A stretch of 64,000 bases of DNA from Halocafeteria seosinensis. Its lineage: Eukaryota. A model generated the notes under the pieces. That model had not been told where the DNA came from and searched no databases. It was given only the letters and a program-made list of their open reading frames with translations. Below, piece by piece: positions 49,933-60,335 of this stretch. The stretch covers positions 62,001-126,000 of the forward strand of contig LVLI01000251.1 of the NCBI GenBank assembly GCA_001687465.1, read 5' to 3'. The position numbers and the translations under genes are program-made. How positions within the stretch are numbered: the stretch's first letter is position 1; every line of letters starts with the position of its first letter.

Positions 49933-51486
49933 TCAGAACTTCAACTGAACGCAAGATCGTTGAGGATACCGCACGGAACTCAAGTATTCTCGATAAATAT
50001 CATACAACAGCCTTTCATCTGGCCCGATATACGATGAAAACTCCCGTCTGTCGCCGAACGCCGGCAAAATGTTATCGTAGTTCACATGACACGAAAATTG
50101 AGCCTCTACTGCCATGTCAGCCAACAGCCTTATACTATCCTCAATTGAATAATTGCGGAGCTGTTGGAGTGCATCCATAATGTTGGCTCTCTGTAGCCAC
50201 TCCAAAGCCTCGACACGGATACGAGTTTCAGTTAGCGGTGACATTTGCAGAGCATATCCTCCCCATAGCGCTTTACGTGCTTCAATACCATTATACAACC
50301 ACTTATAAGCTCCTGGTGGCTTGAAGTTTGCTGGGCCAGTCATAGTCTCCATGACGAAAGGCTCCCCCTTCTTGTCAATTATGACGTCGATAGTGACCGA
50401 CGCTGTTGCCGTCCCACAGCGGTATGGAATTTGGTTTGTTTTGCAGCCAAAGCGATTTTGTCCGGAAATTAGGAACTGCAGTGCAACTTTTCTTTTGATT
50501 CTTCTCCACACACGATGCACATTGAGCCCACGTGAGCGCAAAACGGCCCAGTAGTGCCCAAGCGTTGTTATCGAGGATAGCCGTTGTTCCGAGGCAAGAA
50601 CCTGTTGGTAGGCGTTTCTGCCTTCACCGAAGATGTAGTGGAAATTGGTGGGTTCAGAAACGTCTGCCGACCCTATACGAACATATCCATGTCGAGAGAT
50701 GTATATGCGAGGAGGGTCAAATGAGCCAATAACAGCGTAGAGGCGTATATCAGCCTTTCTACCGTACAAAGGCACCGGTTCAACTAGAGCTTGTAGCACA
50801 CCCTTACGCATTACTTTGTATTTTAAGGTATCCGACCGGAAGAGCGTTTGCCCCTCTCCTCCTGAAAACCCGTCCTCCTTGAAGAGCCAGCTGCTAACTT
50901 CCGGAAATTGCCGCATTGTGTTCTGGAGATCCCGAATGGGTCCGACGAAGCATGGTGGGGATATCCTTAACCCGGTTGCTTGGAAACCTTGGTTTGACAC
51001 TTGGCACAATCTGCCTCTACTGGCGGTTTCGAATCGCAAGTTAGGGATGCTTAGTACGCGCGTGTTAGGGGATAGCTTGGAAAATATGTGTTTCACTCCT
51101 TTCCACCCGGCAAGTTTCATAAGCTGACTGGTATCCTTGGAAATATCGAAGAGAATGTTAAAGTTTTTGCGGTCCTCCACCATGCCGTAGTGTAACTCAA
51201 GCGTATCTTTTATGTCTTGATGAATATCCTTGTAATTGCCGGACACGCCTGCGAGGGCCCAGCGTAATGGCGCTCCCGTGTTTTGCTGGAGTTGATGCGG
51301 TGCCAACAGCCCATGCTTTCCTGTTTCGTTGGAGATTCTCGCCTCATAACGTAAAAGAGCGCTAGTCGGGACGCAATAAGCTCCATTCAATACTGCCATT
51401 ATGAACGAGAAAGTAGCGAGTATGTGCCATGTAGGACTAGGTTGTGTCCGCGAGGCATCTGGTATTGGTATTTTAGGTTGATACAT
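49933..51486 (-). CDS. TTL-like ATP-grasp protein copy 3 with an N-terminal signal/anchor (intronless)
   Basis: Hydrophobic WHILATFSFIMAVLNGAYC; WLFKE..SGGEG, RKADIRLYAV, GYVR, PTN, TIDVIID..GEPFVMET. Closest to copy 1. Confidence 0.75.
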   Translation of the reverse strand: MYQPKIPIPDASRTQPSPTWHILATFSFIMAVLNGAYCVPTSALLRYEARISNETGKHGLLAPHQLQQNTGAPLRWALAGVSGNYKDIHQDIKDTLELHYGMVEDRKNFNILFDISKDTSQLMKLAGWKGVKHIFSKLSPNTRVLSIPNLRFETASRGRLCQVSNQGFQATGLRISPPCFVGPIRDLQNTMRQFPEVSSWLFKEDGFSGGEGQTLFRSDTLKYKVMRKGVLQALVEPVPLYGRKADIRLYAVIGSFDPPRIYISRHGYVRIGSADVSEPTNFHYIFGEGRNAYQQVLASEQRLSSITTLGHYWAVLRSRGLNVHRVWRRIKRKVALQFLISGQNRFGCKTNQIPYRCGTATASVTIDVIIDKKGEPFVMETMTGPANFKPPGAYKWLYNGIEARKALWGGYALQMSPLTETRIRVEALEWLQRANIMDALQQLRNYSIEDSIRLLADMAVEAQFSCHVNYDNILPAFGDRREFSSYIGPDERLLYDIYREYLSSVRYPQRSCVQLKF

Positions 51487-51540
51487 CACAATTCCTGAAT
51501 AATACCCTCAATGAAGGCCACTGGTAAAGCATTAAGTGCA

Positions 51541-52820
51541 TGCTATGCCCCTAGCTGCGCAATATTCCTGTAAAATAGCTAGAAACTGCTAAATAAAGTT
51601 GTCCAACCTGGTACGAAATTTTTGGGTAACGGAGTCCGGGTTAAACAGGCTGGTGTGTGATTCAACTTCAACTATAGCAAGTGCCGCTCTAGTAGCGCTC
51701 TACTCGTACAATGTATTGGGCATTACTAAGCGCAACCACTTGCAACACATGCTACAATCACTCCTCTGCACCAGACAGCTTAGGCGCAATCGAAGACACA
51801 CACACACACACACACACACACATGTGACAGATAGCCCAGCGGCCAGGAAGTTGACCGCATCCTCTTAACTCTTTGGCTTTTGAGCCGGAGTCCGGGTAGC
51901 AGGAATATTCATCCTTTGGGATTCCTTCGAGTCACCTGCAGGAGTATCTCCGTTTTAGTCGGTATACGGGTTAGCATGTTTAGCAGACAATAGCACATCC
52001 CAAGACAGCCGGTACTTTGTCAGCACTGCCCAAGCAGTTCGTGTTTCTTGGGTTCACAGTGAACCGTTCAATCAGTGAGTCAGTGCCACTGGCCACACCC
52101 TCCACTTCACAAAGCATCTACAGGATGGCCTCAACGATTGAATAGCTAAATTCTCCTCTGTTTTGATTATAGCTATCATGCATTCAATTTATTCATGCCG
52201 TCGCATTGATACGTCTTATGGGATGGCTTCTCCCTCTAATGGGCGGTCTTTTAAGTTTGAGCGGGAACCTTGATGTATTGTTGGCCTAGATTTTGGGGTC
52301 TCCTCAACATGTGTACACCCACCTTCAAAGCACTGATTATATTGGCCTTAGTCGTATTTGACATCGTGATTTTTTTTCATTGGGTTAAAACCAACGGAGT
52401 GTATCCTACCACAAAGCTGCCAAATGGAGCATATCTCCGTCAAGGTTGGAGCGCATCTCAAAGCCAGAGCAGCAACTTACAATCGAATTTGCTTGCGCAT
52501 GGGAAGCATGTACAAACAGAGAATACAAACCATGGGGCCTCATCGCAAGAAGGAGCTGTCAGTTACATTCAACGGAAGAATGCCGAAGGAGAAGTGGTCG
52601 ACTTACGACACTCGAATGGAAACCGCGAAACCCGCCAGGAAATTCAAGACGGATATTTACCCGACACCACTGGGACTACCACACACAAACAGGGTACACA
52701 TCAGTATAGCAATGTCCGGCGTGAAACCGATAACTCGGTCGACCCGAATGCTAGAGACATCCATTTCGGTACTGTAGACAAATCGAAAGACGACGACGAC
52801 GCTCGTCCCGTCTCACAATT
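51541..52820 (+). repeat. Left arm of a diverged inverted duplication (upstream region plus 5' coding part of the 52309 gene)
   Basis: Blocks such as atgcccctagctgcgcaatattcctgt, ctgctaaataaagttgtcca, tttattcatgccgtcgcattg and atgtgtacacccaccttcaaagcactgattata have reverse-complement matches in 61430-62390. Confidence 0.85.
51797..51822. repeat. (CA)13 microsatellite
   Basis: Directly visible. Confidence 0.95.
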
Positions 52821-54540
52821 GGTAAGCGGTCAGCACAGCAATGTCCTATCAAAGCCCGATAAACCGGAGGATCAGAATAGTCCAGACATTGGCTACAGCT
52901 CTGTAAACCGGTCCCCAAATGCCAATAGCCCTGATGCTCTTCCTGTCTCAAACGTAATGACAAACCGAGGAGTCAATAAGCCAGAGAATCGAGATATTAG
53001 TAACACCAATGTTAAACAATCACCGGAAGAAGATTCCGTCCTTCCAGTGTCAAACTTAATTGCCCAACGATACTCTCCAAACGGCTGGAAAGACTCTGTT
53101 CCTAAAGCTTCTGGGAAAAAGCAACTTGGTAGTAGTGCTCGTCAAGATAACCAGAAGCCCACGGTCGGAGGAAATTTAGCAAAAAAGCCTTGGTTACCCG
53201 ACAAGAGAACTTCTTCGGGGCAACAATGGCGGCCGCTGACGAGCGGCATTGGTACACGGCAAAGGCAGAAGTTTTTAGGAAGCGGGCGCGGTCCACCGAA
53301 ACAGCGGGCTGCTTCTGGAGGCGTATGGAGGCATGGGCCTACCCTTTTTCGGAGTACTAACCGACCAGGATCGTTCAACAGTCGTAGGAAGTCAAGTTCA
53401 TTTATGCTTCGCCCTTCTACGAGTCAATCCTCTTTCAGTATTCCTCGGGATTCGGTTTCCAACACCGACGTGCCAAAAACAGCTACTCCAGTGTCGGAAC
53501 TTCATTCGTTGCTCAAGAAGAAACTAGCCGACGGTTACGAATGGAGGGTGCATAACTTGCATCTCTCCGGTCAGTCTCCGAAACTAGTTGTAGGGAATGA
53601 CCAGAATCCTGCGTACGTCTTTAAACTTTCTTGCCCTCTTGACCACGGGAGATGGTTGGCCAAATCTTATAGATCTATACTTGCAACCGCCCTGGATGAG
53701 ATACTCCTGGGAAGGGAGGACCCCTTTGGACACGGGCAGATCATTCCACTCGAAATGCTTGAAGAAAGAAAGGATGAAAATTTGGTACAAACTTTAGACA
53801 AGCTCTTTTCACAGTGTGTATGGACTGTTGGTGGAATAGACTTTCTTGCTGGTGTTTTCTTGGACTATGATGCTGACCTAGAGGAGCATCAGGATAATGA
53901 CTGTTCTATTTTCGCCGAGCATAAAGAGGATACTGCTAAACAGTGGATTTTGGATATGATAACCGGTCAGGCGAGCAGGTACTGCAACAGACATGTTTTC
54001 TTCAACTCCGCGAGCAAACGACAGGTCTTCTACGATTTCGATGATGCCGTTTCTGGATTTGATCTAGAGACATGTTCAGCCCGCAACTACCCCACCCTTT
54101 CCGACCCCTATTACCTGCAAGGCACAGGTATCAACAAATCCCATCTATACTGCAGTGTATCAGATAGTGCTTTGGAAATCACCAGGAACTTCCCGTCCAG
54201 GACAGCAATTCGTCAAGCTCTTCAAGAGAAGTTAGGGAACGATGAGTGGTTCCAACTATTCCTCCCATATCACTCCACTAAAGCCAAATGGATGGACAAA
54301 TCGACCAGAACCGCTTGCGTTGATCAAAGCATGCGCTGCAAGATGCAGCGTAGCATCGGATCGTTCGAGGCGATTCATGATTCGTGTTTTTCCAACTTCG
54401 TGCAGAAATATTCCTCGGCTGCAGTTAGTGAATTCGCGGTGGCCTTCTTCGCAGATATCTTCGCTAACCGCTCTGCCAATTTGCAGACCGCGCTTTCTAC
54501 TTCTAGAAGAGAACGATGCATAGAAAGAAATTTACCGTAG
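52309..54540 (+). CDS. Type II membrane protein with a long stem and a FAM20/FAM198/four-jointed-like secretory kinase domain, probably a pseudokinase (intronless)
   Basis: Anchor LIILALVVFDIVIFFHW. GQSPKL..YVFK, SILATALDEILLG..GQII and WILDMITGQASRY...VFYDFD parallel the FAM20 motifs GTQLKL..LFK, EIAAFHLDRILxF..GR and FDFLxGNxDRH...LDNG. Confidence 0.55.
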   Translation: MCTPTFKALIILALVVFDIVIFFHWVKTNGVYPTTKLPNGAYLRQGWSASQSQSSNLQSNLLAHGKHVQTENTNHGASSQEGAVSYIQRKNAEGEVVDLRHSNGNRETRQEIQDGYLPDTTGTTTHKQGTHQYSNVRRETDNSVDPNARDIHFGTVDKSKDDDDARPVSQLVSGQHSNVLSKPDKPEDQNSPDIGYSSVNRSPNANSPDALPVSNVMTNRGVNKPENRDISNTNVKQSPEEDSVLPVSNLIAQRYSPNGWKDSVPKASGKKQLGSSARQDNQKPTVGGNLAKKPWLPDKRTSSGQQWRPLTSGIGTRQRQKFLGSGRGPPKQRAASGGVWRHGPTLFRSTNRPGSFNSRRKSSSFMLRPSTSQSSFSIPRDSVSNTDVPKTATPVSELHSLLKKKLADGYEWRVHNLHLSGQSPKLVVGNDQNPAYVFKLSCPLDHGRWLAKSYRSILATALDEILLGREDPFGHGQIIPLEMLEERKDENLVQTLDKLFSQCVWTVGGIDFLAGVFLDYDADLEEHQDNDCSIFAEHKEDTAKQWILDMITGQASRYCNRHVFFNSASKRQVFYDFDDAVSGFDLETCSARNYPTLSDPYYLQGTGINKSHLYCSVSDSALEITRNFPSRTAIRQALQEKLGNDEWFQLFLPYHSTKAKWMDKSTRTACVDQSMRCKMQRSIGSFEAIHDSCFSNFVQKYSSAAVSEFAVAFFADIFANRSANLQTALSTSRRERCIERNLP

Positions 54541-54799
54541 TTTCTCCAGTGCAACAGTCCGTCTTATGCCGTCACTTTGCTGGCCCTGCAGCAATAATAG
54601 ATCCCACGCGCAAGATCCAAAAGCACGACTTAAATCATCACATCTATAGCTACAGCAGTTGACACACATCTTTATCACTAGTCGGTCGCGCAATTTTCTG
54701 TTAACGCCTGTAGCCTTGGGTGTCGGAACGCTCAAATGACGTACGGGAGTACCTCCAAGCAGGGGCCTATGGGTGCACACGACCACTGCCGTGGCTTCA

Positions 54800-57250
54800 T
54801 CATCGCAGATATATATGCTTTTCCAGTGCGTCAAAAAATTCGCGTTCTACATCAGCACAACTATAGTCTCCCAGTTCCTCGTACGTTTGCTTCAATGTTT
54901 TTCTGAATGAAGCCAGAGTGCTAGGTGCATCCAAAAGCACCTTTTCGCTGAGCATCTGAAGGAATAATCCACGGTATCCATCCTTTTCGCTACAGAGGCT
55001 CCGAAGGAAGCAAATATATGCTGCTTTCAGTACCGGCGCTTCGGTCCCATTGAAAGCGAGATTTCTAAGCAACCTATGAGATTCCGACCAGTCGCCAGTG
55101 GCATGTCCCAGTTGTGTAGCGAATTGAATCAGACACTGTGAAACACCAAGACCGCCTAGTGGCTCGTTTGCTAATGCGGACTTGTCCAGGTTAGACAACA
55201 TGAGACGGGTGGCCTCTAGGTGCCCTACGCGGGAAACCTTTAAGCTGTCGCTTGGGACTTCCCGAGCGGTTACGCTGATGTCGTTAGCTTGCTCATTCAC
55301 TGGTCTCCTCCCTGGGTCATGTAATGAGTTAATAGTCTGAGACATCCATTTTTTCGTGCTTCTTAAGTTGTTTTCGCACAACCAAGGGTATCGCTCTCCC
55401 TCACTGTAGCTCAGAAGCTGCATTGCTGACTGTTCTTCAGGGGCTATACCGAAGCGGCCATCACCAGTGCTAATAGTCTCGTTCGATGCAATAATGATTC
55501 TGCGAACGAGCCGAGATGGCAAGGGTGTACTAGAGCGGATATAGTCACCAAGCACACGAAATACATCATCCAATGTGCCGCTTATGGAAAGTTCCTTCAC
55601 CAAAGTTTGCTCCACACCAGGAAGAAGGTTTCCCCTTTGCTGACGGTATATCCACATTGCTTCCTGTAGCTTTTTTTCCTTCAGAAGATATTGTACGGTT
55701 GTACTTGCCACAAAAATGTGATGCTGGAAACCACCATCTGGAACAGTGCTCCTCGTTGTTAGAGGAGAATCTTCCTCAACAGCCATCATCCCATTCTGGT
55801 CTTTGGATTTGGTCGCGTACCACTTCAGACCTTGGAGTACCGCTGCAGGACTTGAGTTACAATATAATTGCCATGCGAAGGGCACTTTCTGTGGCTTGGC
55901 AAATTGTTCCAGTAAGAGGGTACTTATTGCCTGAGGAAGTTTAACAGATTGATTGCAAAACTCCGCAACTTGGCCCTGTTCCCATAGTTGCAACAGTGAA
56001 CGAGTTGCACCGGCAAATAAGGGAGCCTCGCTATCCTTTGTCCTGAGTGTGGTGCGTATCTGGTCGTGTAAGAGGTTCTTTTGAGAACTTAAGAGACTTG
56101 CTCTTTCCTTCGTCTCTTCGTCTGTAGAGCGCATCAACTTCCCTGCATCTAAAGTACACGATGAAGCAAAAACTTTCATCAAGAAGCCTGAGCCATTCGT
56201 TTTGGGTCCAAAAGAGCAGACTAAACAAGCTGGTAGGTCGTGGATACAATGCTGGAGCAACAGAAAAGCAGTGGCGAACATTCCGTAAGAACTCAAAGCA
56301 CGCAAACACCATGACAAGAGCTTATCATCCCACAAATCAAACACAGATATGCAATGTTCATGTCTGCTCATCGCGGGGTACTGGTTGGTCATGTAGCTAG
56401 CGTAGTTGGTGAGGAGTGCTTCTTGGAACGCAGCAATAATAGTTAGCACTGTTTGCATATAGTCTCGACCAAATTTTTTATCCGCAAGGCCACTAGAAGA
56501 AAAAATGTCAGGTAGCATTGCAGCAATATCAGAAGGGAGGATAACATCTCCCGTCGTTGCCTCCTCGACGCATGTAGGTGAGGGACACACAAGACATCGA
56601 ATCAGAGAGGTAACTGCTTTCTTCCCCTGCGTAGCTTTACGATCCGTTTTTTGGAACCATAGCCTACCCTCTTTGCCGCAAGTAAACGCTTCCACTACCC
56701 TTCCGAGAAGTTGTCGCCGCAACTTGTTCCATTGGTACCGAACGTGTGCAGTAAGACCCCCACCCGGTTGAGTGTCCCGGATAGCTTCTTCTATGGTTCC
56801 CAAAGCTAGAATTAGCCCAGAATGCCGATCATTCGGTTGCCGGACAAATAAGCCCTCTATAATTGCGTCACATAATCGATGCATCTTCTCTAAGTCTTGT
56901 ACTGTCACTTGCTGGGTGCCCCGAAGCTGTCGCAGCGATTCCTGCAATTTCTGGATGCTTTTATCCCTGTCAAACTTCGTCCCCTTCGGTCCCCCGATTG
57001 CTGTCGACATAAATGCAGTGTTCTTTTTCTGCATGTCAATGCGTCCTAATAAGGCTCTACATGTCATAAATTTGGGGTAAAAAGGCTGGGAGAGTCCCAA
57101 CGCCCGCTGAGCGATTCCAGACTGCTGATACGCATATCGCTTCATATTTTTTTTACCAGACAAGAGGAAGAGTGACTGCATCCAGCGGAAATGATGGCCG
57201 ATTCTTACTGATTTCTGGAAACAGGATATCACGGATACGAATCGTAGCAT
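54800..57250 (-). CDS. Hypothetical protein of about 800 aa, Leu-rich and probably alpha-helical; basic N-terminus may be an organellar presequence
   Basis: Long uninterrupted ORF with no motif I can name. The start codon is uncertain. Confidence 0.6.
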   Translation of the reverse strand: MLRFVSVISCFQKSVRIGHHFRWMQSLFLLSGKKNMKRYAYQQSGIAQRALGLSQPFYPKFMTCRALLGRIDMQKKNTAFMSTAIGGPKGTKFDRDKSIQKLQESLRQLRGTQQVTVQDLEKMHRLCDAIIEGLFVRQPNDRHSGLILALGTIEEAIRDTQPGGGLTAHVRYQWNKLRRQLLGRVVEAFTCGKEGRLWFQKTDRKATQGKKAVTSLIRCLVCPSPTCVEEATTGDVILPSDIAAMLPDIFSSSGLADKKFGRDYMQTVLTIIAAFQEALLTNYASYMTNQYPAMSRHEHCISVFDLWDDKLLSWCLRALSSYGMFATAFLLLQHCIHDLPACLVCSFGPKTNGSGFLMKVFASSCTLDAGKLMRSTDEETKERASLLSSQKNLLHDQIRTTLRTKDSEAPLFAGATRSLLQLWEQGQVAEFCNQSVKLPQAISTLLLEQFAKPQKVPFAWQLYCNSSPAAVLQGLKWYATKSKDQNGMMAVEEDSPLTTRSTVPDGGFQHHIFVASTTVQYLLKEKKLQEAMWIYRQQRGNLLPGVEQTLVKELSISGTLDDVFRVLGDYIRSSTPLPSRLVRRIIIASNETISTGDGRFGIAPEEQSAMQLLSYSEGERYPWLCENNLRSTKKWMSQTINSLHDPGRRPVNEQANDISVTAREVPSDSLKVSRVGHLEATRLMLSNLDKSALANEPLGGLGVSQCLIQFATQLGHATGDWSESHRLLRNLAFNGTEAPVLKAAYICFLRSLCSEKDGYRGLFLQMLSEKVLLDAPSTLASFRKTLKQTYEELGDYSCADVEREFFDALEKHIYLR

Positions 57251-57916
57251 ACGATTTATCAAAGCAAAGTAGCAACAGTACCGAACTTCGAGAGTTTGTG
57301 AAGTTCTTCCGCTCCGTACAGCAATCCGACGGACCGACGGCGCTTTAAAAGTTTATGCACCGGAATCTTCCCCCAAACTAATATCAACGTTATTTATACC
57401 GATCTGATAACCCACACAGTGCAGACTTCCAGGCTTCCACTGAGTGGTGACAGAAGTGAAGCAAAGTCAGTCAGTGGTCAGCGAAATAACTCGAAGTCGG
57501 TTTTGCCTCACCGCCTACTGTAATCCTTCGCTGAATAGCACAGACATTTTTTCCACCTCTTAAGTAAGGCTCTTTCTCGATGACCCTTCCATTGTGCTAT
57601 GGTTGTTGCTACAGTCCATGGTAAGCGGCAACTTCAACTTGGGACGTAAGAAAGCAAAGTTCTACCATACTGTGGTCCATACACTGTACATACAGGGACT
57701 GTTTTTGTTGCTAGATTTGAGGTTGTCTAACGAATGTGTTTGTTAAAGTACTAGTACGGGAGCTTTGGGATCGAACTTCAGCAAACAGCAGTAATGACAT
57801 GGAATCCCCGAAGATGATACCTCCGCGATGGAAGAAACGAAGTCATCGCTCAAGCACTGTTCATTGGATGGTTCTGCTCTGAACGATGATGGCAAGCGTA
57901 GCAGGCCCCGAAATGG

Positions 57917-59330
57917 GAATTCCGGAAGGACATTGAACGTCTGAGAGCAATTGTGGTCGTAATGGTGGTTCTGGTTTTCTGGAGGCTTTATAGGGGTTGA
58001 TATATGCTTTGTCCTCAGTGGATATTTTAGTGACTGCCCTTCTTATGAAGGAGGTGGATACATATGGGACAATCAGTATTCTCGAATTCTTTGCTGGGCG
58101 AATTAAGCGATTACTCCCGGGTTCAGCGCTCGTTTTGCTGACGGAAATTTTCTGGCAAGTTGGTACCATATTCCGTCAATATCCAATCCTGCGCTTTTAG
58201 AGGATGGAATGAGTGTCGCGACATACCAAACGAACTTTCGCTTTGCAGAAATACTAGGAGACTACTTCCACATTGATGATGCTTTGCCTCCCCTGCTTCA
58301 CCACTGGTCACTGGCGATGGAAGCGCAGTAATATGCTCTGTGCCCTCTACTACTAAAGCTGGTCCTTTTCATTCCAAACTTCAGACTTGCTACACAATTC
58401 TCTTGGTTCTTATTTCTGCTGCTTTAGTAACAATATGCCAGTACTGGATTCGTAATGAGAACATATTCTCATTCTATTAATGGCCGGCTCTGGCTTGGGA
58501 ATTAGCTGCCGGAGCGCTACTGGGTGTTGGCCCTTGCAAAAACGTCAGCAACTACCAAACTGTGTTAAGGAGACCTATCCATGGATAGGGCTGATTAGTA
58601 TAGCCTTATGCTGCTTTACGTACTCTACAGAAACATCGTTCCCTGGATTGGGGGCATTGTCGCCGGTACCAGGAAGTGTGGCGATAGTTTCCGCCACAGT
58701 TTCTTCTGGTTTAGCCAAAACTAGTTTCGGACCTTCCAGTGGATCGTTCATCATTCTTATTCGATATATCTTTGGTACTGGTTTTTATTGAGCTTTGCTC
58801 CAATGCCACTTCCGAACCTTTCTGAATTAGAAGGCAGAATTGTAGCAATCCTGTTGACGTTTGGAATGTCTTCATTAACGTTGTGGAAATACCAGTGCGT
58901 CGCAGTCGAATTTTTGGGAAGAGCACACGGATAACCATATTCGCTGGTCTCGTGGTAACGCTGATCAGCGTACGAGCAGTATCCATAATGTTTCAGATGC
59001 AGGAAACTATCGCAACCGGCAAGAAGTTAATCGTTCTTTCAGCATCCGGGGCTACTCAAGTTTAGCGGAATGGAACAAAATTACCCAGAAAGCTGAGATG
59101 CAGAAACACTTGCGCCTAACAATACGATGCCATCACTGAAGGGAGCCCTGTGATACTCCCGGACACTACACAGGTAGAATAGCCTAGTTGTTGGCGGAAC
59201 GCAGTCAAAGGAAGACGTACTTGGCTTGGCGCGGAGAAATCTAGTTCGAGTCTCGTTGTTCTTTTTGATGACTCGCATACAATACAATGGTATGCTGCTT
59301 TAGACGGCATCGCAAAACGGCATAACCACA
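57917..59330 (+). pseudogene. Decayed OafA/OatA-type acyltransferase-3 + SGNH O-acyltransferase
   Basis: Fragments in shifting frames: EFRKDIERLRAIVVVMVVL, FSGGFIGVDICFVLSGY, FFAGRIKRLLPG, PLLHHWSLAMEAQ*Y (TAA 58329-58331), FPGLGALSP, SYSIYLWYW, VEIPVRR, and SGNH block I-like VVLFDDSHTIQW. Confidence 0.85.
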
Positions 59331-60335
59331 GCCGAACGGTACTTTATAAAGCATCCTTCGCGAAGTATATTTCTTCGGCATTGGATGGTTTTCTTAGCAA
59401 GATAGGAGTATAGAATTCCTCCTCCACTCCTCGACTGGAAAGGGTGCCCCGTGGTTTGTCTTCAGCCTTGTCACGGTGATTCCACCCGGTGTGTTCAGCG
59501 TTGCCGTCCATCCTCGGAGTCGGTTTACGTCTGTACGCCGTGAGATTGCGTTGCCCTTCATCCAGGAAGCTGCTATTGATTTCTTCGCCGGTCTCTTTTT
59601 CTCCTAATGGATTATACTCCCTGGAGGTGTGCCAACCCCATTTTGACACGTCCCTGCTCAAAGCTGTTGACTAGACAGAGAGAAACACAAGTCATCTCTC
59701 TACAGATTCCACTAGCTTCAGACCTTGTATCTCGTTTTGGTGAGGCAAACGAAGCGTACGAACATGTTCAATGGAAGAAGGAATTCCATCCTATTTTGTC
59801 AACATACCACTACTTACGGTCCGTCAGTAGTTACGGAGGGGTGTCCATCATGTCCGCGCACGGGTCTACTGGATTTAGTAGTAATGAATCACTGTTCGTA
59901 AATGTGTATTATTTTGGCTCCTGCCGGACTTGTAAGCATTCACGAAATCTGTGGGACAATGACTGTTGCAATTTTGAAGTAGCACGTGTAGTGTGTACTA
60001 TTGTGGCCTACCGGCGAAGAAGAGCTAGTTGTGGTATCTTCACGCCGCGAAAGATCTCCCTAGGGCACCCCTACATGGCTCACGAAGCACAATCAGACTC
60101 TTAACCATGATCTACGCTAGTTCATGGGGAACACATTGCAGGGGAACCGGACAGTTTCGAAGCAGGAATTCCCCACGCGTAAGCATTGGAATATTTTTGG
60201 GGGTCATCTACTCCAGTTTTGCTATAAGATAGGCATGGAGTCTATCACGGGCGACGGATGAGAGCCATTGAGGTTTTTATTCGACAGTGCCTGAATATAA
60301 TCCAGTCACTGGTTACTACTTACTTATGTGCGTCT

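Noticed and set aside
47231..51822. TG microsatellites upstream of TTL-like copies 2 and 3 as a shared regulatory element
   Set aside because: The flanks show no homology and copy 1 lacks one, so coincidence is likely.
59344..60104. ORFs interrupting the 3' part of the AT3-SGNH relic
   Set aside because: No recognisable motif. Probably inserted or scrambled fragments, with no terminal repeats seen.
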